Positions 5,911 through 6,127 of a stretch of DNA of 6,127 nt are shown here, one piece after another (position 1 is the first letter of the stretch; the number at the start of each line of letters is the position of its first letter). Where the stretch lies: NCBI GenBank assembly GCA_000004985.1, contig GG739156.1. One strand, written 5' to 3'. Position numbers and translations under genes: made by a program. The stretch is from Naegleria gruberi. Taxonomy: Eukaryota. The notes under the pieces are model-generated. The model saw only the letters and a program-made list of their open reading frames with translations, had not been told where the DNA came from and did no database searches.

Positions 5911-6127
5911 ATTACATTTTAAATTATTTGCGTTCTACACTGCCTTATTATACTATTGTCGGCAAAAGTTTCAAATGGTTAGAAACTCATTCAGTGATTT
6001 TCATTGACAAATATCACATCAACATATACAAATTTAGCTAAAGACCTGCAAATCATCTTGGTTAAAACACTCACTTCCAACAAATTTTCAATAAACACAA
6101 TCCAAAACAATTCTATTTACCTATTCC

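Noticed and set aside
1-6127. A ciliate or other alternative genetic code, suggested by the AT-richness and the tiny introns.
   Set aside because: The 809-codon CHAT ORF, the GH71 frame and the NFS1 frame contain no in-frame TAA/TAG/TGA and terminate at TAA. This is consistent with the standard nuclear code.

Overview
The window is AT-rich and reads as eukaryotic nuclear DNA, most likely fungal. Short GT-AG spliceosomal introns are present, start codons sit in A-rich Kozak-like contexts, the GH71 fragment ends in a GPI-anchor-type signal, and no CDS contains an in-frame TAA/TAG/TGA (standard code). The ORF track was computed with bacterial start rules, so several of its 'M' starts are really TTG or GTG codons, and I adjusted boundaries accordingly.

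Four coding loci can be supported:
- **1..423, minus strand:** the 5' portion of a cysteine desulfurase gene (NifS/IscS/Nfs1 family). A 44-nt intron is spliced out, which restores the conserved 'EVIFT|SGGTESNNYAIKV' motif. The gene continues beyond coordinate 1.
- **1639..2508, minus strand:** the C-terminal half of a glycoside hydrolase family 71 alpha-1,3-glucanase (mutanase). It carries the conserved 'TWNDFSES' core and a GPI-anchor-like C-terminus. It has no N-terminal half and no start-codon-bearing exon, so it looks like a truncated gene or pseudogene.
- **2684..5113, minus strand:** an intronless 809-aa protein. The N-terminal two thirds are helical and TPR-like, and the C-terminus is an unmistakable CHAT (caspase-like) protease domain with the His/Cys dyad intact. 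This bacterial-style TPR-CHAT architecture, sitting among housekeeping-type eukaryotic genes and only ~170 bp upstream of the truncated GH71 remnant, is the most interesting feature in the window.
- **~5234..5910, plus strand:** a gene for a Lys/Glu/Asp-rich hypothetical protein. The long open frame (5266..5910) is statistically clearly coding, but the 5' exon structure is unresolved.

The 1.2-kb region 424..1638 has only short overlapping plus-strand ORFs and may hold an unresolved multi-exon gene or non-coding DNA. I found no CRISPR array, tRNA, rRNA or convincing transposon signature.
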